A stretch of 63,881 bases of DNA, filler included, from Stramenopiles sp. TOSAG23-3 (Eukaryota), in assembly GCA_900128585.1 (NCBI GenBank). It is 7 parts of 7 records of this genome, joined end to end, with 100 filler letters (N's around TTAATTAATTAA, not from the genome) between each part and the next. Parts side by side here need not be neighbours in the genome. Positions count along the whole stretch, not along the records: positions 24,220 to 36,158 come from LT642718.1; positions 36,259 to 48,188 come from LT642719.1; 5 more parts are not named here. The stretch is one strand, 5' to 3'. Numbering within the stretch: the stretch's first letter is position 1; every line of letters begins with the position of its first letter. This document shows positions 33,849 to 44,151 of this stretch, one piece after another. A program made the translations under genes and the position numbers. The notes under the pieces were generated by a model, which was not told where the DNA came from, ran no database searches, and saw nothing but the letters and a program-made list of their open reading frames with translations.

Positions 33849-34914
33849 CTATTTCATTACAACAGCGTTGTACCGCATCCTTCGCGTCGTTCCAAAGCCG
33901 AAACTCGGTGCATTCTTTTTCAGCATGGTTGTTCCGAAGGACTCGATGCGCCCGTCGTATCTTCCTGGCCCAGGCGCGTTCTTTGTTGCAGCTGCTACAT
34001 CGACTCTTTGACTTGACCCAAACTTTGACGCCCCGACGGTTCGGAACTTTGAGAATACTTGCTCCCCGAAACTACCTCCCAAACTGTATTGCCCGGGGCC
34101 TGGATTGGGCCTGTATCCTGGTAAGGACGTCTTTGGCCTAGGATATCTGCGCCCCGTACCGAATCCAAAGGCCGGTTGAGTTCGCGTTCGAGTGTATATT
34201 TGCGGTCCAATTGCCCCATCGTTGCGCTTGTATTGTCCTGGACCCGGAAGCGAACTGTCTCGTTTCTTGTCTCGAAACCGCAATGATTTCCACGATGCGC
34301 CTGCCGATGGCCCGAAAGAGTAGGATGCTGCTGTGCGGCGAGGTGATAAGACCTGCGTCCCAAGGCCTTCGAGGGGTTTGTATGCGCCCGGTCCTGCGCC
34401 GGGCCTGGTCGGGGCGGTGTCTCCATTTTTTGACAGGTGTGGTCTCGTGGCATAGTTGCGAAGAGGACTTCCAGCATCACGGCTTGCAGTGCCAAACGAA
34501 AACCTAGCACTCGCCGGGCGCCTGGAGTCTACTTGAGGCCCAACACTGGGAGTCAGGGCCCCCATATACTGCCCTGGCCCTGGCAAAGAAGACGTGTACT
34601 TTATTTGGCGCTCTAAAGGATCGCCTCTTGTACGATTTCTTGAACGGTTCTCTGGTAAACCGAACGAATACGTCACTTGGCTTTTATGCCGTGACAAATT
34701 CTGTTTTCCAATAGACGAGAGGCAAGCTCCAGGGTACTCGCCAGGCCCTACCGGCTTTGGTTGCTCTGGCACTTTTCCATTATGGGGCTGCAACGCCCCC
34801 GTGAACTTGGTACTGTCGTTCGATTTCAAAATCTAATGCTAAACCCACACCCTTCCTCGCATACTTTTCAAATGTTTCTTTCTCCTTCTTTTTAAAGCTA
34901 AACCTCTGCTGCAT
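33849..34914 (-). CDS. SHIPPO-repeat (ODF3/CIMAP-like) ciliary protein; 5' end needs one +1 frame correction
   Basis: Repeated PGPGxY motifs (GPGEY, PGPGQY three times, GPGAY, PGPGRY) with FSFG/FGFG spacers and G-x-Q-V-x-S. The main frame 34829-33849 has no upstream ATG; ATG 34914 lies in the adjacent frame. Confidence 0.85.
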
Positions 34915-35607
34915 GTAGTTGATGTATAAGTAAACTAGACGATGTGAATAAGTTTTTTTATGCCTACATCATATTATACTACCAAGGCATAATAAATCGT
35001 ATCATCATAATCGAGATAGACTTGATAAAAATGATGCTACATAGTGTTAACTAACTCCTGTAGGAAAACGAAACGAAATTAACGGAACTAAATATCCTTA
35101 CTGTACGGTAGTTAGTATAAAGAACGCAAGTAATTCGATCGCGCAAAAAAAAAATTACTTATTTTTATTCGGCTATACTTCTTTGTATAATAATTATTTA
35201 TTTGCCTATTTAATTGATGAAAGAGAATTGTGAGTGAGCTCGTTTAGTATAAATGTTGCTCCAATAATCCCCAGTACGGTATTTACCTGTTGGTACCGAT
35301 ATGACCTGATGATGAAGAAGAAAGAAGAAGAAGGAAGAAGAAATTAAAAAANNNNNNNNNNNNNNNNNNNNNNNNNNNNNNNNNNNNNNNNNNNNNNNNN
35401 ATATTATAATATATATAAAAATTATTTGGAATAAATGGTCGTCTTCTATTATGTTTTGTTTATAATGAAAACGTTATCCATAATTTTGAAAATCGAAGTC
35501 TTTGTATGGTAGCTAAGACATTTTTTTTATTATACTGTAAGTGCTAATCTACCTCAAGTTAGCGTGCTTGATTGTTTGATTTCGACTTCTATCGAAAGCG
35601 AGGCAGC

Positions 35608-36158
35608 ATGAAAAGTGGGAATTATTTGCTTGTTTTGTCGCGATTGTTGTGGGTCTCGGTTTGCTTATTGCATATTGCATTTTCAGTGTCTTCGCAATCC
35701 TCGATCGACAAACATTACCGTGTTCTTGGTTTGAACCCTTCCAACAAAGCAAAAATTGGACTGGATGAAGTAAAAAATGCATATCGAAAACTAGCTCTGC
35801 TTTATCACCCCGACAAGGCAAGCAATCAAAACAAAGGGGCAAAAAAGCAGTTCTTCAAGATTTCAAAAGCGTACGAAAATTTGTCAAAGTTCATAGAAGA
35901 AATGGGAAATGAGGACGAGGAGGACTACATCAAAAACAAGATACGCGCTGCGCCGGACAAAGATCCGTTGGACCTTTTTGCTGAAATGTTCGATGGGCTT
36001 GGTGCAGAAGAGCTTTTTGGGGACGCGAACATTAACGAAGTCTTTGGTGCTCCGATTAGAGATACAAAATCGAAACAGGACGCCCACAATACTCTTAAAC
36101 CAGAAAACAAGGAAAAGCCTGGAATGCTTTCCGGGCTGTCTAGTGTGTTCAAAAATAC
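35608..36158 (+). CDS. DnaJ/Hsp40 co-chaperone with signal peptide (probably ER-luminal), 3'-partial
   Basis: Hydrophobic N-terminus, then HYRVLGL...[16 protein letters not shown]...[12 protein letters not shown] and [10 protein letters not shown]. Confidence 0.88.
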
Positions 36159-36432
36159 NNNNNNNNNNNNNNNNNNNNNNNNNNNNNNNNNNNNNNNNNN
36201 NNTTAATTAATTAANNNNNNNNNNNNNNNNNNNNNNNNNNNNNNNNNNNNNNNNNNNNTTATTATTTTATTTGTTTTTCGTTGTTCCTCTACTGAAATAC
36301 AATAATTATAGTATTGTATATACTCGTCTCCATTTAGTTTCTTTCCATTTATTGGAATACTGATTTTTTTTGGATTCCTTCACATTTGTGTCCATCTGTT
36401 TGTCAGGGTTAAGGCCTTCGGAACGGCACAAC

Positions 36433-37959
36433 ATGTCTTCGATAGCGGTGATCGCGACTCCTTCTGGGGGTGGGGACGGTGGGGGTAACGCCAACGACGT
36501 TGGAGAGGACGCCCTTGCGGCTGAGTTAGGAAGTTTAAGTTTGTCTGGTGCGAAGCATGGGCACGATGATGAAGATGTACCGCCGGGTTATTACGAAATG
36601 GGGAACTTAGAAAGCGATGTCGGTCTGGTGTACGACCCACGGATGATGGACCACAAGGCCCCGGAAGACCACCCCGAGCAGCCACAGAGGGTCGAGCGCA
36701 TATGGAGTGCGTTGGAAGAGCACAAAGTGACGCCCCAGTGCCGAAGGGTACAGTCGCGGGAAGCGACCGACGAGGAACTGAAGCGTTGCCACCCTCAACG
36801 GCACATCAATAAAATCTGCGACTGTTTTTACGAGTTTTCAGACGTGAAAAAGTCCATAGCGCAGAATTCGCTGGAGAAGCACGGGTACCAGCACAGGATT
36901 GACGAGGACACTTTCGACGGACCCCACAGTGCCCTGGCGGCGCGTTTGGCAGCGGGGTCCGTGATTGCCTTGACGGAGGCGGTGTGCAACGGTGAGATTA
37001 AGAGCGGGTTCGCGGTCGTCCGCCCCCCTGGTCACCACTGCGAGTCCGACCGGGCGCAAGGGTTCTGCCTGTTCAACTCCGTCGCCGTTGCGGTGCGGCA
37101 CGCCCAGGCATACACGGCCACGCCGTCGACGAATACGAAAGTCAAAGCAAACCGGGTGCTCATCCTGGACTGGGACGTGCACCATGGGAATGGGACCCAG
37201 GACATATTTTTGAACGACTCGACCGTCATGTTTATTAGTTTGCATAGGAGCGACAATGGAAAGTTTTACCCAAAGTCTGGGTTTGTTAAGGAGGTGGGCA
37301 AACGCGGCGGCAAAGGCTACACGGTGAACATTCCGTGGCCGTGCAGAGGGTTAGGGGACAAAGAGTACGTCGTGGCCTTTGAAACGATCGTCATGCCCAT
37401 CTGCGAGGAGTTCAATCCCGATTTGGTATTTGTCAGCGCCGGGTTTGACGCGGCCCTCGGTGACCCCCTGGGGGGGATGAAAGTGACGGACGCGGGGTAC
37501 GCGTACATGACGAAAAAGCTGATGACCCTGGCGAACGGTCGGGTCATTATAGCGTTGGAGGGCGGCTACAACCTCACGTCCATCTCGAACGCTTCCGTGG
37601 CCTGCGCAAAGGCGCTTCTGGGGGCATCGTACAAGGACATCCTGGAGCGGAACGCGTCGGGGGAAAGCGAGACCCCCATCGAGCGCTTCGCCGCCTTGGC
37701 AAGGACTGGGTGGGCGGAAGAGATCGATTCCCGGGCGATTCGAACGTTAAACCAAGTCTTGGCCGTGCAGAAAGATTTGTGGGCAAGCAGAAACGACGAC
37801 GGGGGGGAGAAGAATCCGTTCCGGATGCCCCTCGTGCCCCCGAGCCGAACGCGCGAGGGAGGTTCGAGCCCTGCAAAGGCAAAGAAGGAACTGAGCCTGG
37901 CGGAGCGGTTTGCACTTCGAAAAAACAGAAAAGGCAAGAAAAAGAAGAAGAGAGGTTAA
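36433..37959 (+). CDS. Class II histone deacetylase (HDA1/HDAC6-like, single catalytic domain)
   Basis: HPEQPQR, VRPPGHH, GFCLFN, DWDVHHGNGTQ, VNIPW, SAGFDAALGD and LEGGY; basic NLS-like C-terminus. Confidence 0.93.
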   Translation: MSSIAVIATPSGGGDGGGNANDVGEDALAAELGSLSLSGAKHGHDDEDVPPGYYEMGNLESDVGLVYDPRMMDHKAPEDHPEQPQRVERIWSALEEHKVTPQCRRVQSREATDEELKRCHPQRHINKICDCFYEFSDVKKSIAQNSLEKHGYQHRIDEDTFDGPHSALAARLAAGSVIALTEAVCNGEIKSGFAVVRPPGHHCESDRAQGFCLFNSVAVAVRHAQAYTATPSTNTKVKANRVLILDWDVHHGNGTQDIFLNDSTVMFISLHRSDNGKFYPKSGFVKEVGKRGGKGYTVNIPWPCRGLGDKEYVVAFETIVMPICEEFNPDLVFVSAGFDAALGDPLGGMKVTDAGYAYMTKKLMTLANGRVIIALEGGYNLTSISNASVACAKALLGASYKDILERNASGESETPIERFAALARTGWAEEIDSRAIRTLNQVLAVQKDLWASRNDDGGEKNPFRMPLVPPSRTREGGSSPAKAKKELSLAERFALRKNRKGKKKKKRG

Positions 37960-38017
37960 CAACGGGAAAACCAACCACACAACACAAAATATTATCAACC
38001 ACGGGTAAGTAGACCGA

Positions 38018-38050
38018 CCCCCCCCCCTCCCTCTCTCTCTCTCTCTCTCT
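38018..38050. repeat. Poly-C run followed by (CT)n microsatellite
   Basis: Directly visible. Confidence 0.85.
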
Positions 38051-38710
38051 GCCCACCTCGCAGTATCAATAGGGGGCGAGCGGGTCCACCTGTTGGCCCC
38101 GCTCGCTGTTCCTACGCGTGACTGCTAGAAAAATCTGCACCCCCGCGCGTCCTCGTGCGCCCAGTGAAAGACGTGCGAAAGAAGAACAAAAATGTACTAG
38201 CCTCTGCCAAACTGAGTTTGCGCAGTAATGGACACGGAGTCCAGGATTTACGCTATAACGAAGGACGAGAACTTCTAACCCCAATTTTATTTAACTTTCT
38301 CAGCTATCGCCTTTCACACCGGGTTCACGAGACGGCACGCGGGTTTGCCGTCGGTGAGACAGATACACAAACCTATACAGGTCCATATAGGCTTTGTCTA
38401 CACGTCGCCATACATTTGTTCTTCTCCTTGGGTGTTTACTTACCCCACGGGGCGTCTTTACCAAACATAGAAATCCCTAACAACACAAACGTTTCAGTGT
38501 CTTCCCTCGTCTCTAAAAGTACATATAATTTAAATTTAAATCTATACACACACGCGCGCACCGGATTTCGTATCATACGAACACTGTGTAGATTATCACA
38601 ATCGTATTCATCAAAAAGTGTTTTTCTCGGGTGAATAATTAAAAACCCAGGGGTAGTGTAAAGTGTAATATATTACGCAGACATGTATATAATAATTTCG
38701 TTTTAATGTA

Positions 38711-40231
38711 CTAACTCCTGGCCGGGCTCTGGACCAAGCTCACCTTTATGCTCTCGCTGTTGGCTTCGAAGGATGGGCTGCCCTCCGTGCGAACTTCGGT
38801 GGCTTTTGTTGGGTCGTTTGACATCGTGTCGCCCCCCCTGGCGGCGTCGTCTGCCGTCGTGTTCACCAAGTTCAACTTTGACGGGGCGAGGGGGCTATTT
38901 CCCGACCCCCCGTCGGGGTCCTGCTCGAACAAAACCCCGCTCGGGCTAGCGATCTCGTCGTTTACCCTTACGTGGGGCGACTGGCCCCAGACCGTCCGCC
39001 GCGTCCTCCTCCGCTCGCCTCGGGCCTTTGCCCGCCGCTCGGCAAGGGTGTCCAGCAACGGGTTGTCCGTCACCTCATTCTTCAGCGCCTTCACCCACAT
39101 CGCTTCCTTCTCGAAACTCTCCGCCTTGAACACGTACTCCTTGTGTTTTCCTTGTATAAGACTGCCGTTCTTCATTCGCTTCGCCGACTTCACCTGGTCC
39201 CCGAAGGGGTTGCTCGAGCGCAGTGCGAACGTCAAGGGGCCCTCCGGGGTCTCGACCACCTTGCAGTTCTCCAGCGGGATGATGCAGCGGCAGTTCTCTT
39301 TCCCCTTGGACCGTGGCCCCGTGCCCGGCTGGGTCTTGAAATAGTACAGGCAGTGCTCGTTCAGCAAAAAGTATCGGCGGGTCCACTGCTTGGTCCCTTT
39401 GAACCCCGCCCCCCGCTTCTGGAGCCACCCCTCGCAGGTCGGGTTGAAAAATGTGACCACGCCCGTCTCCCACCCGGTTTGAATCTGCTCCCGGGAGATC
39501 GAGTCGTAAATGCCCTCCAGGAGGGCCCGATCGACGTCTTTCCCGCCATCGATCCCCCGGTTCATCTTCACGAACTGCACCTTCGTCATCTTGTTCTTCT
39601 TCTTCACGTTCGGGTTGTGGGCGTCCGTGTTCAAGATGATCGTCGCGAACGAGAGGACGTGGGCGCAGTCCGGCCCGGAGTCGAAGAGCCCTGGGTTCTG
39701 GCGATCGTAGTGCTTGGCAAACTCCTCCATGATCCTATCTATCGACTGGCTCTCCCCCGGCAGCCGGAACCGCTCCAAGTAGGCCCGAAGCGCGGCCTCC
39801 AGCGGCTTCCCCGACACTGTGTACTGGGTAGTGTACGACCGAAGGAGGTCTCGATGGAAGGCTGCCTGCTCGTTGTCCCGGCCCAACGTGCCAAGGTACA
39901 GCCCTATCTGCCGCTTGCTCAGCCCGCTCGTCAACTCCGTCCGCCCGCGGAACAACCGCTTGCTATACAAAAACTTCGCGACGCTCTCCGGGGACGGGTC
40001 GAGCATCCCCAGCCCGACCAAGTACTTGACCCCCTCGGACGGCTTCACGTTAAACTTTGTGATCCCAACATTGTAGTTCTTTTCCTCTGATGACTCTGGC
40101 AGCGTCTCGGACGGGGAGTGGGACCGACCGCGGCCCACCGGCGGCGTGCTAGTGGACCACTGCGCCGGGCGCAACGGTTCGTCGATGGACCTCGCCACCC
40201 GGTTCCCTAGCCGAACACAAAAATTTCCCAT
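38711..40231 (-). CDS. Cytohesin-type Arf guanine-nucleotide exchange factor (Sec7 + PH)
   Basis: FNVKPSEGVKYL, FRLPGESQSIDRIMEEFA (glutamate finger), LSFATIILNTDAHNP. PH domain NPTCEGWLQKRG...WTRRYFLL...CIIPLEN...WVKAL. Confidence 0.93.
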   Translation of the reverse strand: MGNFCVRLGNRVARSIDEPLRPAQWSTSTPPVGRGRSHSPSETLPESSEEKNYNVGITKFNVKPSEGVKYLVGLGMLDPSPESVAKFLYSKRLFRGRTELTSGLSKRQIGLYLGTLGRDNEQAAFHRDLLRSYTTQYTVSGKPLEAALRAYLERFRLPGESQSIDRIMEEFAKHYDRQNPGLFDSGPDCAHVLSFATIILNTDAHNPNVKKKNKMTKVQFVKMNRGIDGGKDVDRALLEGIYDSISREQIQTGWETGVVTFFNPTCEGWLQKRGAGFKGTKQWTRRYFLLNEHCLYYFKTQPGTGPRSKGKENCRCIIPLENCKVVETPEGPLTFALRSSNPFGDQVKSAKRMKNGSLIQGKHKEYVFKAESFEKEAMWVKALKNEVTDNPLLDTLAERRAKARGERRRTRRTVWGQSPHVRVNDEIASPSGVLFEQDPDGGSGNSPLAPSKLNLVNTTADDAARGGDTMSNDPTKATEVRTEGSPSFEANSESIKVSLVQSPARS

Positions 40232-41106
40232 CGCGACTGCTGAGGCGGCTGGTACTGACTGTCGTCAAAGGAAGCAAACGCCAACAGCACCACTCTATGC
40301 TCAATTTTGCATAATAGCAAGAAGAAGAAGAGGAAGCATTTCCGTTCAAAGTACTGCAGTGTGGTACAGTTCACTTTGGATATCGTTGTTGGAAGGGGAA
40401 TTATAAAATCTTCTTCTCTTTCTTCTCTCTCTACCAAATATAATAATAATTAATTAATAATAATAATAAAATGAAATCTTCTTTCTTCTTCTTCTCTATA
40501 TTTCTCTTCTTTCTTCTTCTCTTCTTCTTTCTTCTTCTTTCTTCTTCTCTTTTTTTTTTTTTAAATTAGATTTCATACTAATTAAGGAGTATTATTTAAT
40601 AAAAATGAATTTGTTAAGTTCTTCCCTTTTATAATATATCTTATTGTATGTATAAATCAATATATATATTCCATCAGTTTTGTTATCATCATATATATCC
40701 TTATTATATTAAAAGAAGAAAGAAGAGTCGTCACACTCTCATCTCTCATCTCTCATCTCAGACTTGGTCATAAAAATCATAATAATAAATAACTATTACT
40801 ATAACTATAACTATTCATATACTTGGTACTTCTATTATATATGATTAGATTAGATTCTATTAAAAAAGAAGTTGATCTATTTTGTTGGGTTAAATATATA
40901 AACACAGCATTATAATTAAATTATAATTGATTATGCAAAACGAACATTCATCAATGATCGATCTTTTGCTATCTGCTGCTTCTTGAATACTGTGTGCCTG
41001 CTGTGCTGTGCCCTTGCCTGCTGCTGTTTTTTAAAATTTACTTTTCTTCTTCTTTCTTCCTTCTTCTGTTGTTTGTTCTTTTGTTTGGTTGGGTCTCTGG
41101 TCTTCT

Positions 41107-41421
41107 CGAGGGTTGGGCTTTATTAAATAGAGGTTGGGGTTAATATAATAGTGTTGTTATAAGGGTTAATTAGGATGGTTTTTTCTCTTTTTTTTCTGCT
41201 TCGAGGGTTNNNNNNNNNNNNNNNNNNNNNNNNNNNNNNNNNNNNNNNNNNNNNNNNNNNNNNNNNNNNNNNNNNNNNNNNNNNNNNNNNNNNNNNNTAA
41301 TAGTGTTGTTATAAGGGTTAATTAGGATGGTTTTTTCTCTTTTTTTTCTGCTTCGAGGGTTAGGATGTTGGTTAAGATTGGGGTTAATAATAGTGTTATT
41401 TTAAGGGTTAATAATTAGGAT
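41107..41421. repeat. Degenerate G/T-rich minisatellite spanning an 88-N scaffold gap
   Basis: The block TAATAGTGTTGTTATAAGGGTTAATTAGGATGG...CTTCGAGGGTT occurs on both sides of the gap, with a third diverged copy at about 41388-41421. Confidence 0.7.
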
Positions 41422-41725
41422 GTTTGTTTTGTTTTTTCTTCTTTTCAAAAACCTTCTTTTTTTCTTCTTCTTTTCTCTTCTTCTTTCTTCTTCTTCTTTT
41501 GATTCACCAACAACAATTTGAATTTTGAAAGGGATCGACTTCGTTAAATAATACGTTACGGTACGGCACGTTTACCAATAAGATCGTGATTAGAAGTCAT
41601 TGTATGCGCGAGCATACTATTTTTATATACCACTCGGATTATTTGAAGAAGAAAAGTACCTTCGGTTCTTTGTTCACGTGCCCACCGAACGGTTTGTGTG
41701 TGTGCCTTACTATTATTCACTTCCA

Positions 41726-42497
41726 ATGTCGTGCCTAACGGAACGTGAGCTTGCGAAACTCTCGCACGAACTGGCGACCGCGACGCAGGTGGAGGCCGAC
41801 CGTTACCTGATCGATGAGACAAAGAAGAAAGCGATTGTGGTCTCGCACTCGTACGAAGACTTTAAGAACCGGGTTGCGTGTGCAAAGATGAAGCCAATGT
41901 CGAGCGATGAGTTGAGGGAGTTAGGAAAATCACAGGCCCACGAACGGGCCTCTACCTTCAACACCCACTCGAATAACTCGGATCGGAGCGCGGTCAGCCT
42001 GATCGCCAACCGGGCGGCGAAGCTTAGGAGCGGGCAGACGGACGCAGAGGCCTTTGGGAGGGCCCAAGCGAAGCAGATCGTCAGCAAAGAGGTCCCAGTC
42101 AGCGGACCAGCGCTGGATAGAGATTGGTGGAGGGTAGGGGGCGACGATGCAAAGTTTGAATTCTTGCGCAAGGTCGGATCGAAGCGATTGAAAAAAATAG
42201 TAAAAACATCCCTCCCCTTCGACCTGGTGACGGACATCTTTCGTGTGATGGACGCATTCTACGAGTACCAACAGGTCAAGTTAATAGGTTCAATTTGCCC
42301 TTACCGAGAAAGACAAAGCGGTTATCTTGTCTTTGCACAATAAATTAAAAACGGGAATATCAAAGATGGAAGAAAAGGCAGCGGCTGCCACGAAGACGGG
42401 TGCCGATGGCACACCGACAGAGAAGAAAACAACGAAGAAACCTTCCAGTCTTTCCTTGAAAGAACTCGAAGTTGCAAGAGGGAAATTTAAAGTTTAA
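41726..42497 (+). CDS. CCDC103: CCDC103/DNAAF19 dynein attachment factor; frame disrupted near 42275-42300
   Basis: N-terminal ELATATQVEADRYLIDETKKKAIVVSHSYEDFKNRVACAKMKPM. RPAP3_C-like region LDRDWWR...FLRKVG...LKKIVKT continues in the +1 frame as LTEKDKAVILSLHNKL...GKFKV* (TAA 42495-42497). Confidence 0.82.
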
Positions 42498-42836
42498 TGT
42501 TTAAAAAGCGACGGACGGACGGACGGAACGTTCGGGATCAACGACCGTGCGTGTGTGTTTGTGTGTTTAATAGTTAAACTTACCGGTGTAAAACATTTTT
42601 TTAAAGAGTTCTTCAAACCGTTTTTTTTTTTTTTTTTGAAGGTATCATATATTACGCAATTGCTTCCAACTATCATTACAATACCTTACGGCCACCGAAC
42701 CGAACAAACGGGAAAACGGTACGTAGTGAAAAAGTGATAAAAGAGGGTAAAGTGATTGGTTTATATATGTCTGTGTGTGTGTGCGTTTGTTTGCCAGGGC
42801 AAAGGAAGGAGAGCTTTTCCGTTCTTCGACCGACTG

Positions 42837-43997
42837 ATGGAAGTTGCAAACCGAATGGTACGGATCCTTAGTGCGGACGATGTAAAGAAGTGCATAACGA
42901 TGGCGACTGCGATCCAGCTGCAACGGCGCGCGTTCTTGGCGCTCCGGGCCGATTCTGGTTCCGTAACGCCGGAGCGTGTCTTGCTGGACGTTCCGGGCGA
43001 AGGGATTACCTTGTTTAAACCTGCGTATTTCGACGGGTCGCAAAAGGTGTTGGGGGCGAAAATAGTTTCCGTGCGGCCGAAAAACTCGGACAAGCACATG
43101 AACACGGTCCCGGGGTCGATCATACTTTTTGACGCAGAAACCGGTTTCACGCGCTCGCTGATGGATGCAGAGTACCTGACCGGGCTGAGGACGGCGGCCG
43201 GTTCAGGCGTGTTCACGGACATGTACGCCAGCGCCACAGCCAGCAACATGGTTGTGTTCGGCGCGGGCCTTCAGGCGGAAGAGCACGTGAAGGCCGTCTT
43301 TGAGGTCAGGCCTTCCGTCAAGACCGTCACCTTCGTGAACCGGACGGCCACGCGGGCCTTGGACTTGATCGACAGGCTGAGGGGGGCGTTCCCGAACGTC
43401 GACTACGGGGCGTGCATCCCAGGGGAGGCCGCAAAGATCAAGGCGGCCCTTGGGGCGTGCGACATCATATGCACGTGCACGAACGCGTCCATGCCGTTGT
43501 TTAAATACGAAGATTTGGAGGGGAACGCCAGGAACGTCCATGTCAACGCGATCGGGTCCTTTACCCCAACGATGCAAGAGCTGCCCTCGGAAATGGTCAG
43601 CAAAGCCGTCGCCGACGGCGTCGTTGTCTGCGACTCAAGCCACGCCCTTGCCGTCGGGGAGTTTTCCCATCTGTCTTCAGAGGAGTCCAAGAGGGTCGCG
43701 GTGGCCTGCGACGTACTGGCGAGTGGGGGAGCGGGGGAGGGCGCCGCCGGGGGGGGGGGGGGGGGGNNNNNNNNNNNNNNNNNNNNNNNNNNNNNNNNNN
43801 NNNNNNNNNNNNNNNNNNNNNNNNNNNNNNNNNNNNNNNNNNNNNNNNNNNNNNNNNNNNNNNNNNNNNNNNNNNNNNNNNNNNNNNNNNNNNNNNNNNN
43901 NNNNNNNNNNNNNNNNNNNNNNNNNNNNNNNNNNGGGGGGGGGGGGGGGGGGGGGGGTACCCGTGTTTGTTCCAAGTTTGCCATGTGTGCGGTATGA
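42837..43997 (+). CDS. Ornithine cyclodeaminase/mu-crystallin family protein; C-terminus in a 168-N gap, end uncertain
   Basis: ILSADDV, LFKPAY, GAKIVSVRP, LFDAETG, YLTGLRTAAGS, FGAGLQA, HVNAIGSFTPTMQELP. Confidence 0.88.
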   Translation: MEVANRMVRILSADDVKKCITMATAIQLQRRAFLALRADSGSVTPERVLLDVPGEGITLFKPAYFDGSQKVLGAKIVSVRPKNSDKHMNTVPGSIILFDAETGFTRSLMDAEYLTGLRTAAGSGVFTDMYASATASNMVVFGAGLQAEEHVKAVFEVRPSVKTVTFVNRTATRALDLIDRLRGAFPNVDYGACIPGEAAKIKAALGACDIICTCTNASMPLFKYEDLEGNARNVHVNAIGSFTPTMQELPSEMVSKAVADGVVVCDSSHALAVGEFSHLSSEESKRVAVACDVLASGGAGEGAAGGGGGGXXXXXXXXXXXXXXXXXXXXXXXXXXXXXXXXXXXXXXXXXXXXXXXXXXXXXXXXGGGGGGGGTRVCSKFAMCAV

Positions 43998-44151
43998 CTA
44001 ATATATTTTGTTTGTTTTTTTGAATATCTTGCATGCACAATGAAAAACAAATTACATATGCACAATGATATGATAACTATTAAATTTCTTAAAAACATAA
44101 TATATAAGATGTGAATATTAACAAGTGAGGATGCACCGCGACTCTTTTGAC

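Noticed and set aside
38437..38460. TACTTACC...ACGGGG resembling the U1 snRNA 5' end
   Set aside because: The downstream U1 loop I/II sequences and Sm site are absent. It is equally the reverse complement of a GTAAGT donor.
38060..38600. Firm call as RNase P/MRP or telomerase RNA
   Set aside because: P1/P2 pairings and a good CR-V were not found, and CTAACCCCAA is not a convincing template without knowing the telomere repeat. Kept only as a generic candidate.
27775..40231. PI3K and cytohesin as a linked PIP3-signalling cluster; likewise a ciliary gene cluster (RIB43A, SHIPPO, CCDC103)
   Set aside because: The genes are on different scaffolds joined artificially.
41107..41421. Telomeric repeat array (GGGTTA-like words); also the inverted TTAGGGTT/AACCCTAA pair at about 47271-47297
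   Set aside because: These are isolated words rather than tandem telomere units, in an internal position. The duplication across the gap may be a scaffolding overlap.
43749..43958. Poly-G runs as poly-Gly coding or G-quadruplex elements (also 48168-48188)
   Set aside because: They abut N gaps or scaffold ends, so their length and content are unreliable.
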